From a virus (lineage: Duplodnaviria; Heunggongvirae; Uroviricota; Caudoviricetes): 6,574 nt of DNA. The stretch is taken from IMG/VR virus record IMGVR_UViG_2703718769_000010, positions 1-6,574 of that record; one strand, given 5' to 3'. Under the pieces are notes generated by a model, which was given only the letters and a program-made list of their open reading frames with translations, had not been told where the DNA came from and searched no databases. Of this stretch, positions 1 through 5,522 are shown one piece after another (the first letter of the stretch is position 1; every line of letters begins with the position of its first letter). A program made the translations under genes and the position numbers.

Positions 1-675
1 CCGGTCAGTAACCGAACCCTGATGAGTCTGCTGGCGTCAGGCGAAGACCTGGCATCACAGGGCTGGCGCTATTATCACAAACCGGCGAGCGGAGACAGTA
101 TTGATAAAAACATCGCTGAGGCTGTGGTCAGTGATGAGGGTGCCACCGGTGGTAAGGCCCTGCAACTGAACAAACAGGAAAGCCACATCTGGTTTCTGGA
201 GCATGATGCAGCCGGGCAGGGGGCAGAGTTGCTGAAGAAAGGCGGACGTGTGAGTGTGCGGTTTAAGGTGCCGGGCTCACTGGTACAGAATCGGTTTGCC
301 CTGGGTATTTACTGGCAGTTGTCGTCCCTGCCGGAGGGGGTGTCGCTGGCAGAGGAAGGCAACGACATGCTGATGTCCTTCTTCCTGCAGACGGATGCGA
401 CGAACCTGAACGCGATGTACCACAAGACGCAGAATGTGAAGCTGGATACGTTCGGGGCATTTGATAACGAATGGCACACACTGTCTTTTGAGTTTGCCGG
501 AAACAACAGCATTCAGGTGACGCCGGTACTTGATGAGAAGCGGGGCACGCCATTCACGCTGGTGAAATCTCAGGCAACAGGGGTGGCGGATAAACTTCTG
601 CTGACTGATATCACGAAGGTGGCAACGTATACGCTGCTGATTGACAGCGTGAAGGTGGAAGTGAATAACCCGTAA
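1..675 (+). CDS. 3' end of a large late-region protein, truncated by the window edge; C-terminal beta-rich lectin/jelly-roll-like domain, possibly the C-terminal domain of a prophage NanS-p-type esterase
   Basis: Frame 1 is open from nt 1 (codons ccg gtc agt aac cga acc ctg precede the first ATG at 22); stop TAA 673-675. Sits immediately upstream of the lysis cassette, the slot for large cargo ORFs in lambdoid prophages. Family guess is from remembered synteny, not a search. Confidence 0.6.
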   Translation, partial: PVSNRTLMSLLASGEDLASQGWRYYHKPASGDSIDKNIAEAVVSDEGATGGKALQLNKQESHIWFLEHDAAGQGAELLKKGGRVSVRFKVPGSLVQNRFALGIYWQLSSLPEGVSLAEEGNDMLMSFFLQTDATNLNAMYHKTQNVKLDTFGAFDNEWHTLSFEFAGNNSIQVTPVLDEKRGTPFTLVKSQATGVADKLLLTDITKVATYTLLIDSVKVEVNNP

Positions 676-814
676 GCAGGAAAAAAAAGACCGCCGGTGC
701 AGGGAAAACAAGGAGCCAGAACCGGCGGCAGAGGTCGCTACATCCTTAGCAAACAAAAAATGCAGGACTGTTTTAACTAACGGGCATTAACCATGTCAAT
801 AATGGAGATGAATA

Positions 815-994
815 ATGACATTTTTACAGCTGATTATGTTGTATTTCTGCACGGTGGTGTGCACGTTATATCTGGTCAGTGGCGGGTATAAGGTTATCCG
901 GAACTATATACGCAAAAAGACTGATGCCGCGGCGGCGGAAAAAATCAGCACCGGTCAGTCAGCCGGAACCAGACCCGAAGAGCCGCTCATTTAG
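815..994 (+). CDS. Small hydrophobic protein, 59 aa (MTFLQLIMLYFCTVVCTLYLVSGGYKVIRNYIRKKTDAAAAEKISTGQSAGTRPEEPLI); one predicted TM helix then a basic patch
   Basis: Not in the ORF track (under 60 aa). ATG 815 is preceded by GGAGA at 804-808 with 6-nt spacing; stop TAG 992-994. It overlaps, in another frame, the GTG-initiated 5' extension of track ORF 879..1319, which I consider non-coding. Confidence 0.35.
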   Translation: MTFLQLIMLYFCTVVCTLYLVSGGYKVIRNYIRKKTDAAAAEKISTGQSAGTRPEEPLI

Positions 995-1034
995 TTGCAA
1001 TCTTCTTTACAACACCTTTCAACGAGAAAATTCC

Positions 1035-1319
1035 ATGTCAGAAATAAACCCCCTGGTCACTGCTGAGGCAGTGAAAGACGCGCTGCGCTCAGAAGATGTG
1101 CGTGGAGCACTGAAACAGAAAGTCCGCCAGACATTTGAAGCGCAGATAGAAGCGGAGGTGGATGCGATTCTGGATACGCTACTGGGCGAGCAGCCAGGCG
1201 AACAGCCAGAGCCGGAACCGCAACCGGAAGATATCACCTCAGAAAACGGCGATATTCAGCCGGAATCACCGGTGGTTGATGCGACTGAAGCACAACCCGA
1301 ACCGGGCACAATGCTGTAA
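1035..1319 (+). CDS. Small acidic hypothetical protein, 94 aa, with Pro/Glu/Gln-rich low-complexity C-terminal half
   Basis: First ATG of track ORF 879..1319 (the track start is a GTG); E. coli-like codons; weak SD (GAG at 1024-1026). Function unknown. Confidence 0.5.
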   Translation: MSEINPLVTAEAVKDALRSEDVRGALKQKVRQTFEAQIEAEVDAILDTLLGEQPGEQPEPEPQPEDITSENGDIQPESPVVDATEAQPEPGTML

Positions 1320-1330
1320 AGGTGAGTCAG

Positions 1331-1360
1331 GGCCATCAGTAAAGTACTGCTGGCCTTTTT
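1331..1360 (+). terminator. Intrinsic terminator-like hairpin upstream of the holin gene
   Basis: GGCCATCAG (1331-1339) pairs with CTGCTGGCC (1347-1355), one mismatch, 7-nt loop, followed by TTTTT (1356-1360). Confidence 0.5.
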
Positions 1361-1395
1361 CATGTTGTGAGCTTCCGGATTGCGGGAGACGGGGT

Positions 1396-1611
1396 ATGTA
1401 CCAGATGGAAAAAATCACAACAGGTGTGTCATACACCACGTCAGCGGTGGGGACGGGCTACTGGTTCCTGCAGCTGCTGGACAGGGTTTCCCCGTCTCAG
1501 TGGGCGGCAATAGGCGTGCTGGGGAGTCTGCTGTTTGGTCTGCTGACGTACCTGACGAACCTGTATTTCAAAATCAGAGAGGACCGTCGTAAGGCGGCAC
1601 GGGGAGAGTAG
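1396..1611 (+). CDS. S: Class II holin (pinholin, phage 21 S21-like), 71 aa, dual-start motif M1-Y-Q-M4
   Basis: [71 protein letters not shown] closely matches the S21 pinholin as I remember it (shared C-terminus [20 protein letters not shown]); two TM segments; GGGAG at 1384-1388, 7 nt before ATG 1396; second in-frame ATG at 1405. The track ORF start at 1162 is an artefactual upstream extension. Confidence 0.9.
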   Translation: MYQMEKITTGVSYTTSAVGTGYWFLQLLDRVSPSQWAAIGVLGSLLFGLLTYLTNLYFKIREDRRKAARGE

Positions 1612-1614
1612 GTG

Positions 1615-2256
1615 ATGAACCATGAAGAAATGAATCAGCGCTTCAGTCGTCTGGAAAATGAAATTGCTGAACTGAATAAAAAACTGTCGGCGCTGATGCC
1701 TTCTGAAGATGCAAAAAAACGCCGCGATGAGCAGTTTGCGGCGTTTTACGATGATTGCATCAAAATTGCTCGCAGGACCTTTGCGAATATTTTGCAGGAA
1801 AAGTTTTTAGCGACCGCATTGTCAGAAAAGTACTCCATTACGGTTAAAAGTGCCGGAGAGGAAGGCAATAAACGTTATTTTATTGCGTCTGCACCGGATA
1901 AAGACCAGGAATGGGAGTGTAATCGGCCATCTTTTATTGTGAGCAGCGATGACTGGAATATCACGATCCGTGAAGATGGGAAAGTAACACCGGCATCGCA
2001 CCAGCACAGTGAGGCGCTCACTGAATTTGCCATTGATTACCTGAAGAACAATAAAAAGCAGGGGCTGATGCAGCGCATTGGTCGTTGCATGGGATATCTG
2101 CAGGTAGCTGCTGAGATTGAAGCGCTGGCCAGTGGTGCTGATAAGGATGCAGTTGTGCGGGAGACCGTTCTTCGTGATTTCAATACGCCACCCTTTAAGA
2201 AAGAGCCTGATGGCTGGATCCAGCCGGGGCTGACTTATCTCAAATGGTGCATATAG
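1615..2256 (+). CDS. Hypothetical protein X, 213 aa, N-terminal coiled-coil-like segment, no TM segment or signal peptide; unknown function
   Basis: ATG 1615 lies 3 nt after the holin stop (TAG 1609-1611), with GGGGAGAG at 1601-1608 as its RBS, suggesting translational coupling to S. Stop TAG 2254-2256. No family recognised. Confidence 0.75.
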   Translation: MNHEEMNQRFSRLENEIAELNKKLSALMPSEDAKKRRDEQFAAFYDDCIKIARRTFANILQEKFLATALSEKYSITVKSAGEEGNKRYFIASAPDKDQEWECNRPSFIVSSDDWNITIREDGKVTPASHQHSEALTEFAIDYLKNNKKQGLMQRIGRCMGYLQVAAEIEALASGADKDAVVRETVLRDFNTPPFKKEPDGWIQPGLTYLKWCI

Positions 2257-2283
2257 TAAAAGAGAAAACAATTGAGGTGAAAA

Positions 2284-2511
2284 ATGAAAAAATACGATAT
2301 GACAGTTAAATCATTCCACATGGGGGATAAAAATGTTGTCGTTGTCCTTGGTATATATAATTATCAGATTCCATCAATGCTGTTGTTCAATATTGAAATA
2401 GATATTGAACGACGGGAAGATGCTACCATTCCGTTTTATGAGGCGCTGGCTTTAAAAAAAGCAGTCTCGCTAATCCATGAAATTTCTGATGATTTAGCAG
2501 TGGCTGCTTAG
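2284..2511 (+). CDS. Hypothetical small protein Y, 75 aa; unknown function
   Basis: Strong SD GAGGT (2274-2278) 5 nt before ATG 2284; 27 nt downstream of X on the same strand, so probably co-transcribed; AT-rich relative to the flanking phage genes. Confidence 0.7.
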   Translation: MKKYDMTVKSFHMGDKNVVVVLGIYNYQIPSMLLFNIEIDIERREDATIPFYEALALKKAVSLIHEISDDLAVAA

Positions 2512-2515
2512 ATTT

Positions 2516-2803
2516 TTATTTCAAAAATGGCTCAGGACTGGTATTGCCAAACATGGGTCTTACCGGTGGTTGCATGAGGGTATTGATGGCGACTTTAATC
2601 TCTGGTTTACCTGAGGTTGTGATTTTGCTCAGTTCGCTATGTAACCTGGTTTTAAGCTCATCACTGAATTTCTTGTCTCCACTTTGCTGATCCAGAATGT
2701 CAACGATGTTGTAGAACAGGAAATTGGCTGCGGTATTTATAGCTATGTTTTCGCGCTGAAGCCCCTGAATTAGTTGAAAAAGTTCATGGTTTGATATTTC
2801 CAT
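2516..2803 (-). CDS. Hypothetical protein Z, 95 aa from the ATG at 2803 (MEISNHELFQLIQGLQ...); convergent with X-Y; unknown function
   Basis: Track ORF 2516..2866 starts at a GTG with no RBS. The internal ATG (+ 2801-2803) has AAGGAG 6 nt upstream on the minus strand; the ATG at 2833 has its SD abutting the start codon. Stop TAA (+ 2516-2518) is 4 nt from the Y stop. Confidence 0.6.
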   Translation of the reverse strand: MEISNHELFQLIQGLQRENIAINTAANFLFYNIVDILDQQSGDKKFSDELKTRLHSELSKITTSGKPEIKVAINTLMQPPVRPMFGNTSPEPFLK

Positions 2804-2927
2804 TAAGTTCTCCTTATTGAGGTTATCAGCCATCCCTCTTTTGTTACATGTGCCAGTGCCCACCACTGGCAGGCTGAAGACTTAACATATCCAGGGATTC
2901 GGAACCGATAAATCCTGATAAATATCC

Positions 2928-3461
2928 ATGAACACCAAAATCAAATACGGCCTGTCGGCTGCCGTTCTGGCGCTGATTGCCGCAGGTGCGCCTGCGCCTG
3001 AAATCCTCGACCAGTTTCTGGATGAAAAAGAAGGCAACCACACCACGGCATACCGTGATGGTGCGGGTATCTGGACCATCTGTCGCGGTGCCATTCTGGT
3101 GGATAGTAAACCTGTCGTCCCGGGCATGAAGTTGTCGAAGGAGAAATGCGACCAGGTTAACGCCATTGAACGTGATAAGGCGCTGGCATGGGTGGAGAAA
3201 AACATCAAAGTGCCACTGACGGAACCCCAGAAAGCGGGGATCGCGTCATTCTGTCCGTATAACATTGGTCCCGGTAAGTGCTTCCCGTCGACGTTTTACA
3301 GACGAATTAATGCTGGTGATCGCAGGGGAGCATGTGAGGCGATTCGCTGGTGGATTAAGGACGGTGGCAGGGACTGCCGTATTCGCTCAAATAACTGTTA
3401 CGGTCAGGTATCCCGGAGAGACCAGGAGAGCGCGCTGGCGTGCTGGGGAATCGACAGATAA
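2928..3461 (+). CDS. R: SAR-type endolysin (phage lysozyme, GH24/T4-lysozyme fold), 177 aa
   Basis: Gly/Ala-rich N-terminal signal-anchor-release segment (YGLSAAVLALIAAGAPAP) followed by the canonical catalytic spacing E-x8-D-x5-T in EGNHTTAYRDGAGIWT. SAR endolysins pair with pinholins, consistent with the S gene upstream. Confidence 0.92.
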   Translation: MNTKIKYGLSAAVLALIAAGAPAPEILDQFLDEKEGNHTTAYRDGAGIWTICRGAILVDSKPVVPGMKLSKEKCDQVNAIERDKALAWVEKNIKVPLTEPQKAGIASFCPYNIGPGKCFPSTFYRRINAGDRRGACEAIRWWIKDGGRDCRIRSNNCYGQVSRRDQESALACWGIDR

Positions 3462-3550
3462 GCAGAATATTTTGCTGATAAATGGCGTTGGCCAACGCGG
3501 GCGGATAACACGAAATCCTGCGAACTGGCAAAATGTAAGTGAGTAAAAGT

Positions 3551-3593
3551 AAAAACCCCGTTTGTTGGCAGCAAGCGGGGTTTTGTGTTTTCT
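3551..3593. terminator. Bidirectional intrinsic terminator between R and Rz
   Basis: A5 (3551-3555), 9-bp stem CCCCGTTTG (3556-3564) with CAAGCGGGG (3572-3580) including one G-U pair, 7-nt loop, then TTTTGTGTTTT (3581-3591). Confidence 0.6.
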
Positions 3594-3682
3594 GACCTTG
3601 AGTAAGGCAAGGGAGAAATTATGGGTAGGGAGGTGCTTTCCCTGTGAGGAAGTATAAAAGATTCTTTCTGAGGTTGTCCATT

Positions 3683-3796
3683 ATGAAAGGCATTGAAGTG
3701 GAGACGCCAGCCAGTCTGGATTTAACAAGAGCGGCAGCTTTTGCCATTCGTATTGTGGCCATTGCTGTTCTGGTCTGGGCAATCCGTTGGTGGTGA
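3683..3796 (+). CDS. Small membrane protein candidate, 37 aa ([37 protein letters not shown])
   Basis: Not in the ORF track. ATG 3683 with GAGG at 3670-3673; stop TGA 3794-3796 sits 1 nt before the Rz ATG at 3798; single C-terminal hydrophobic helix. Confidence 0.35.
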   Translation: MKGIEVETPASLDLTRAAAFAIRIVAIAVLVWAIRWW

Positions 3797-3797
3797 T

Positions 3798-4265
3798 ATG
3801 AACCGTGTTCTGTGTGTGGTGATTATTGTCCTGCTGGTAGCCTGTGGTGTGCTTAGTCTGGGGCTGAATCATTACCGCGATAACGCCATCACCTACAAAG
3901 CGCAGCGCGATAAAAAAGTCAGTGAGCTGAAACTGGCGAATGCCACTATTACTGATATGCAGCAGCGCCAGGGTGATGTTGCTGCGCTTGATGCCAGATA
4001 CTCGAGGGAATTAGCCGATGCGAGAGCTGAAAATGAAACTCTGCGTGCTGATGTTGCCGCTGGTCGTAAGCGCCTGCGGATCAACGCCACCTGCTCCGGT
4101 ACCGTGCGTGAAGCCCCCACCACCTCCGGCGTGGATAATGCAACCGGCCCCCGACTGGCAGACACCGCTGAATGGGATTATTTCATCCTCAGAGAACGGT
4201 TGATGACAATGCAGAAGCAGCTGGAAGGGGCGCAGGAATATATCCGCACTCAGTGCCTGAAATAA
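3798..4265 (+). CDS. Rz: Rz i-spanin (inner-membrane spanin subunit), 155 aa
   Basis: [40 protein letters not shown]...[18 protein letters not shown] aligns along its whole length with lambda Rz as I recall it; N-terminal TM segment then coiled-coil periplasmic domain. The track ORF start at 3741 is an upstream extension. Confidence 0.9.
   Translation: MNRVLCVVIIVLLVACGVLSLGLNHYRDNAITYKAQRDKKVSELKLANATITDMQQRQGDVAALDARYSRELADARAENETLRADVAAGRKRLRINATCSGTVREAPTTSGVDNATGPRLADTAEWDYFILRERLMTMQKQLEGAQEYIRTQCLK
4018..4203 (+). CDS. Rz1: Rz1 o-spanin (outer-membrane lipoprotein), 61 aa, embedded in the +1 frame of Rz
   Basis: [61 protein letters not shown]: lipobox VVSAC, proline-rich mature region, close match to lambda Rz1; lies entirely inside Rz in another frame; GAGGG at 4004-4008 upstream. 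Confidence 0.85.
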   Translation: MRELKMKLCVLMLPLVVSACGSTPPAPVPCVKPPPPPAWIMQPAPDWQTPLNGIISSSENG

Positions 4266-4465
4266 GTTTTGCTGATGCGCCGTATCGTCGCCGTATTCCC
4301 GCATTAACAGAGACCGCAGCCCGACAGGGAGACTCCTCTGCGAGAGTGTGTGGGGATAATCAAAAACGATACACACCGGGGTTTACCGCGTTAACGGAGC
4401 GCGGCGTTGTCCCCTCATAGTCGCCAGTCCGGTGCGATGGTGGAAGAAACTGGAGTTTAGACAAT

Positions 4466-4499
4466 AAAAAAAACCTGCCGGGTTGTAGCAACGGCAGGT
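4466..4499 (-). terminator. Intrinsic terminator for leftward (minus-strand) transcription
   Basis: On the minus strand: stem CCTGCCG / CGGCAGG (+ 4474-4480 / 4492-4498), 11-nt loop, followed by T8 (+ strand A8 at 4466-4473). No T-run on the + strand side, so it is unidirectional. Confidence 0.6.
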
Positions 4500-4535
4500 G
4501 ATGGCACATGCAGAAGAGAATAGTATTGTTGTTAT
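4466..4535 (-). ncRNA. Candidate ~70-nt small RNA (minus strand) ending at the 4466-4499 terminator
   Basis: Putative sigma70 promoter on the minus strand: -35 TTGAAA (+ 4564-4569), 16-nt spacer, -10 GATAAT (+ 4542-4547). No credible ORF between promoter and terminator. Purely a sequence-based prediction. Confidence 0.3.
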
Positions 4536-4541
4536 TTTTTT

Positions 4542-4569
4542 ATTATCATTTTTTCAGAGTTGTTTTCAA
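4542..4569 (-). promoter_or_regulatory. Putative sigma70 promoter (TTGAAA-16-GATAAT) for the candidate small RNA
   Basis: Hexamer matches read directly from the sequence; the -35 lies inside a 16-bp motif repeated at 5201-5216. Confidence 0.3.
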
Positions 4570-5104
4570 CTCGAAATAATCGAGCCTGAATTATAATACT
4601 TACTATGCGTTATTTACTTATATTATGCTCCATGTTGCGGGACTGGGCGGTTTCCATCAGACAGTTGAGATGAATGACGAAAAGAATATTTCTTATTGTT
4701 AAGCTTTTCTGAATAATGTTTGGAGCGTATAAAATTGCCTTTGTGGCTCCTTGTGTGTGGGGGCAGGTTTTTATAGGGTGTTGTTTACTCTTATATAACA
4801 CACTGCTTTAAGTATGTTCAGCCTTCATAGGATTATTTATGCAAGTCTGGCGTTTTAATTTTATAATGTTTGCCGCCTGAACATGATTGTGAATTTCTCC
4901 TTATTTTACTGAGTGAATCTTTAAGCGAAAAATGGGTGCAACTGCTCTCGAGAGCTTTTGTCAGTGTAGCGGCCGTATTTTTTGCTGATAACGATGCAGA
5001 AGCCACCGGATGAGATTCAGATATACCTGGAAAAAGCCTGAATTGAAAAGAAACAGGTGTAATGTGCAGCACGGCTGGGGAATAAAAAATATGTGAGCAT
5101 AATC

Positions 5105-5134
5105 AAAAAAAACTGCTGTGTTGGCGCACAGCAG
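5105..5134 (-). terminator. Intrinsic terminator for leftward transcription
   Basis: On the minus strand: perfect 8-bp stem CTGCTGTG / CACAGCAG (+ 5113-5120 / 5127-5134), 6-nt loop, followed by T8 (+ strand A8 at 5105-5112). Confidence 0.65.
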
Positions 5135-5177
5135 TAAAGATTGGATAAGGGTAGAAGATTATTATTATTATTCTTTT

Positions 5178-5216
5178 GTTTTATTTTATGTGACGGATTA
5201 TTTCAATTCGGAATAA
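5178..5216 (-). promoter_or_regulatory. Second copy of the conserved motif with a weaker promoter-like arrangement (TTGAAA-17-TAAAAC), paralogous to 4542-4579
   Basis: TTTCAATTCGGAATAA (5201-5216) versus TTTCAACTCGAAATAA (4564-4579), 14/16 identical, same orientation, each about 65-70 bp from a minus-strand terminator. The -10 here lacks the conserved final T. Confidence 0.2.
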
Positions 5217-5343
5217 CTGTAGGTAATAACTTTAAGTTATCGTAAAGCCTGCAATGTTAAGGATTAGTTATATAAAGGGGCAGAGAAACGGTCCGACCCT
5301 CTGGCCTCATTCTTTAAACTTGTTATGCGATTAGCATGTTTTC

Positions 5344-5378
5344 TTGTCAGTTGTCAGTTGTCAGTTGTCAGTTGTCAG
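5344..5378. repeat. Perfect tandem heptanucleotide repeat (TTGTCAG)x5
   Basis: Five uninterrupted copies at 5344-5350, 5351-5357, 5358-5364, 5365-5371 and 5372-5378; overlaps the 3' end and stop codon of the minus-strand RHH ORF. Confidence 0.95.
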
Positions 5379-5522
5379 TCTCCGGCGACAGGCTTCAATA
5401 ACCCACGCTGAAAAGTTACCGGACCCTTTATGCTCAAGGGCGCTGTTGATCTGTTCAATCATGTGATTGGGGAAACGGATATTGCGGGTTGTTGTTCTGC
5501 GGGTTCTGTTCTTTGATGACAT
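5361..5522 (-). CDS. Small ribbon-helix-helix (CopG/Arc/omega-like) DNA-binding protein, 53 aa (MSSKNRTRRTTTRNIRFPNHMIEQINSALEHKGSGNFSAWVIEACRRRLTTDN)
   Basis: Not in the ORF track. Hand translation of the minus strand: ATG at + 5520-5522, stop TGA at + 5361-5363. Pattern of beta strand (RNIRFP), helix A (NHMIEQINSALEH), G-x-S/N loop and helix B (FSAWVIEACRRRL) is typical of RHH proteins. Weak SD (GGGG). Confidence 0.55.
   Translation of the reverse strand: MSSKNRTRRTTTRNIRFPNHMIEQINSALEHKGSGNFSAWVIEACRRRLTTDN

Noticed and set aside
263-756. Three minus-strand track ORFs (263..553, 277..756, 309..512) antisense to the first CDS
   Set aside because: They sit entirely inside a well-supported + strand coding frame and have Cys/Arg/Ser-rich, low-complexity translations typical of antisense artefacts of GC-rich codons.
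879-1034. GTG-initiated 5' extension of track ORF 879..1319
   Set aside because: The start is a GTG without an RBS, the extension is basic low-complexity sequence, and it overlaps the better-supported small ORF 815..994 in another frame; the ATG at 1035 is the more plausible start.
1019-1237. Minus-strand ORF antisense to the acidic protein gene
   Set aside because: Ser/Cys/Gly-rich antisense artefact nested within a + strand CDS.
1162-1395. Upstream extension of the holin ORF in the track
   Set aside because: It would read through the 1331-1360 terminator hairpin, has no RBS, and the true holin start at 1396 has a GGGAG SD and matches the S21 N-terminus.
1380-1623. Track ORFs 1380..1592 (+) and 1441..1623 (-) overlapping the holin
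   Set aside because: Alternative-frame and antisense ORFs inside a confidently identified gene.
1822-2271. Minus-strand 149-aa ORF antisense to gene X
   Set aside because: Nested antisense to X with no RBS; X is preferred because of its coupled start and coherent translation.
2804-2866. Longer N-terminal versions of Z (GTG at 2866, ATG at 2833)
   Set aside because: The GTG has no SD and the ATG at 2833 has its SD abutting the start codon; the ATG at 2803 has AAGGAG at 6-nt spacing. The longer forms cannot be excluded.
2844-3610. Track ORFs 2844..3041 (-), 2882..3265 (-), 3265..3546 (+) and 3404..3610 (-) overlapping the endolysin and its terminator
   Set aside because: Antisense or alternative-frame ORFs within the GH24 endolysin gene; 3265..3546 and 3404..3610 also run through the terminator hairpin.
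3681-4420. Track ORFs 3681..3872 (-), 3893..4165 (-), 4011..4376 (-) and 4172..4420 (+) around Rz
   Set aside because: Antisense or overlapping frames of the Rz/Rz1 pair. I specifically looked for a bor-like lipoprotein gene on the minus strand downstream of Rz, as in lambda, and found no signal peptide or lipobox-bearing ORF.
4861-4901. Tiny 7-codon ORF (MFRRQTL) on the minus strand preceded by AAGGAG
   Set aside because: The SD-to-ATG spacing is 12 nt, longer than optimal, and a 7-aa product has no support beyond the SD; possibly a leader peptide but too speculative to call.
4938-4956. 12-bp perfect palindrome GCTCTCGAGAGC followed by TTTTG
   Set aside because: Too short a stem for a terminator and with no partner site; it includes an XhoI-like CTCGAG core and could arise by chance.
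4610-5072. Minus-strand track ORFs 4610..4801 and 4833..5072 in the AT-rich intergenic region
   Set aside because: Both begin at GTG with no SD, have Ser/Lys-rich low-complexity translations and lie in AT-rich DNA where long ORFs arise by chance; the region looks non-coding.
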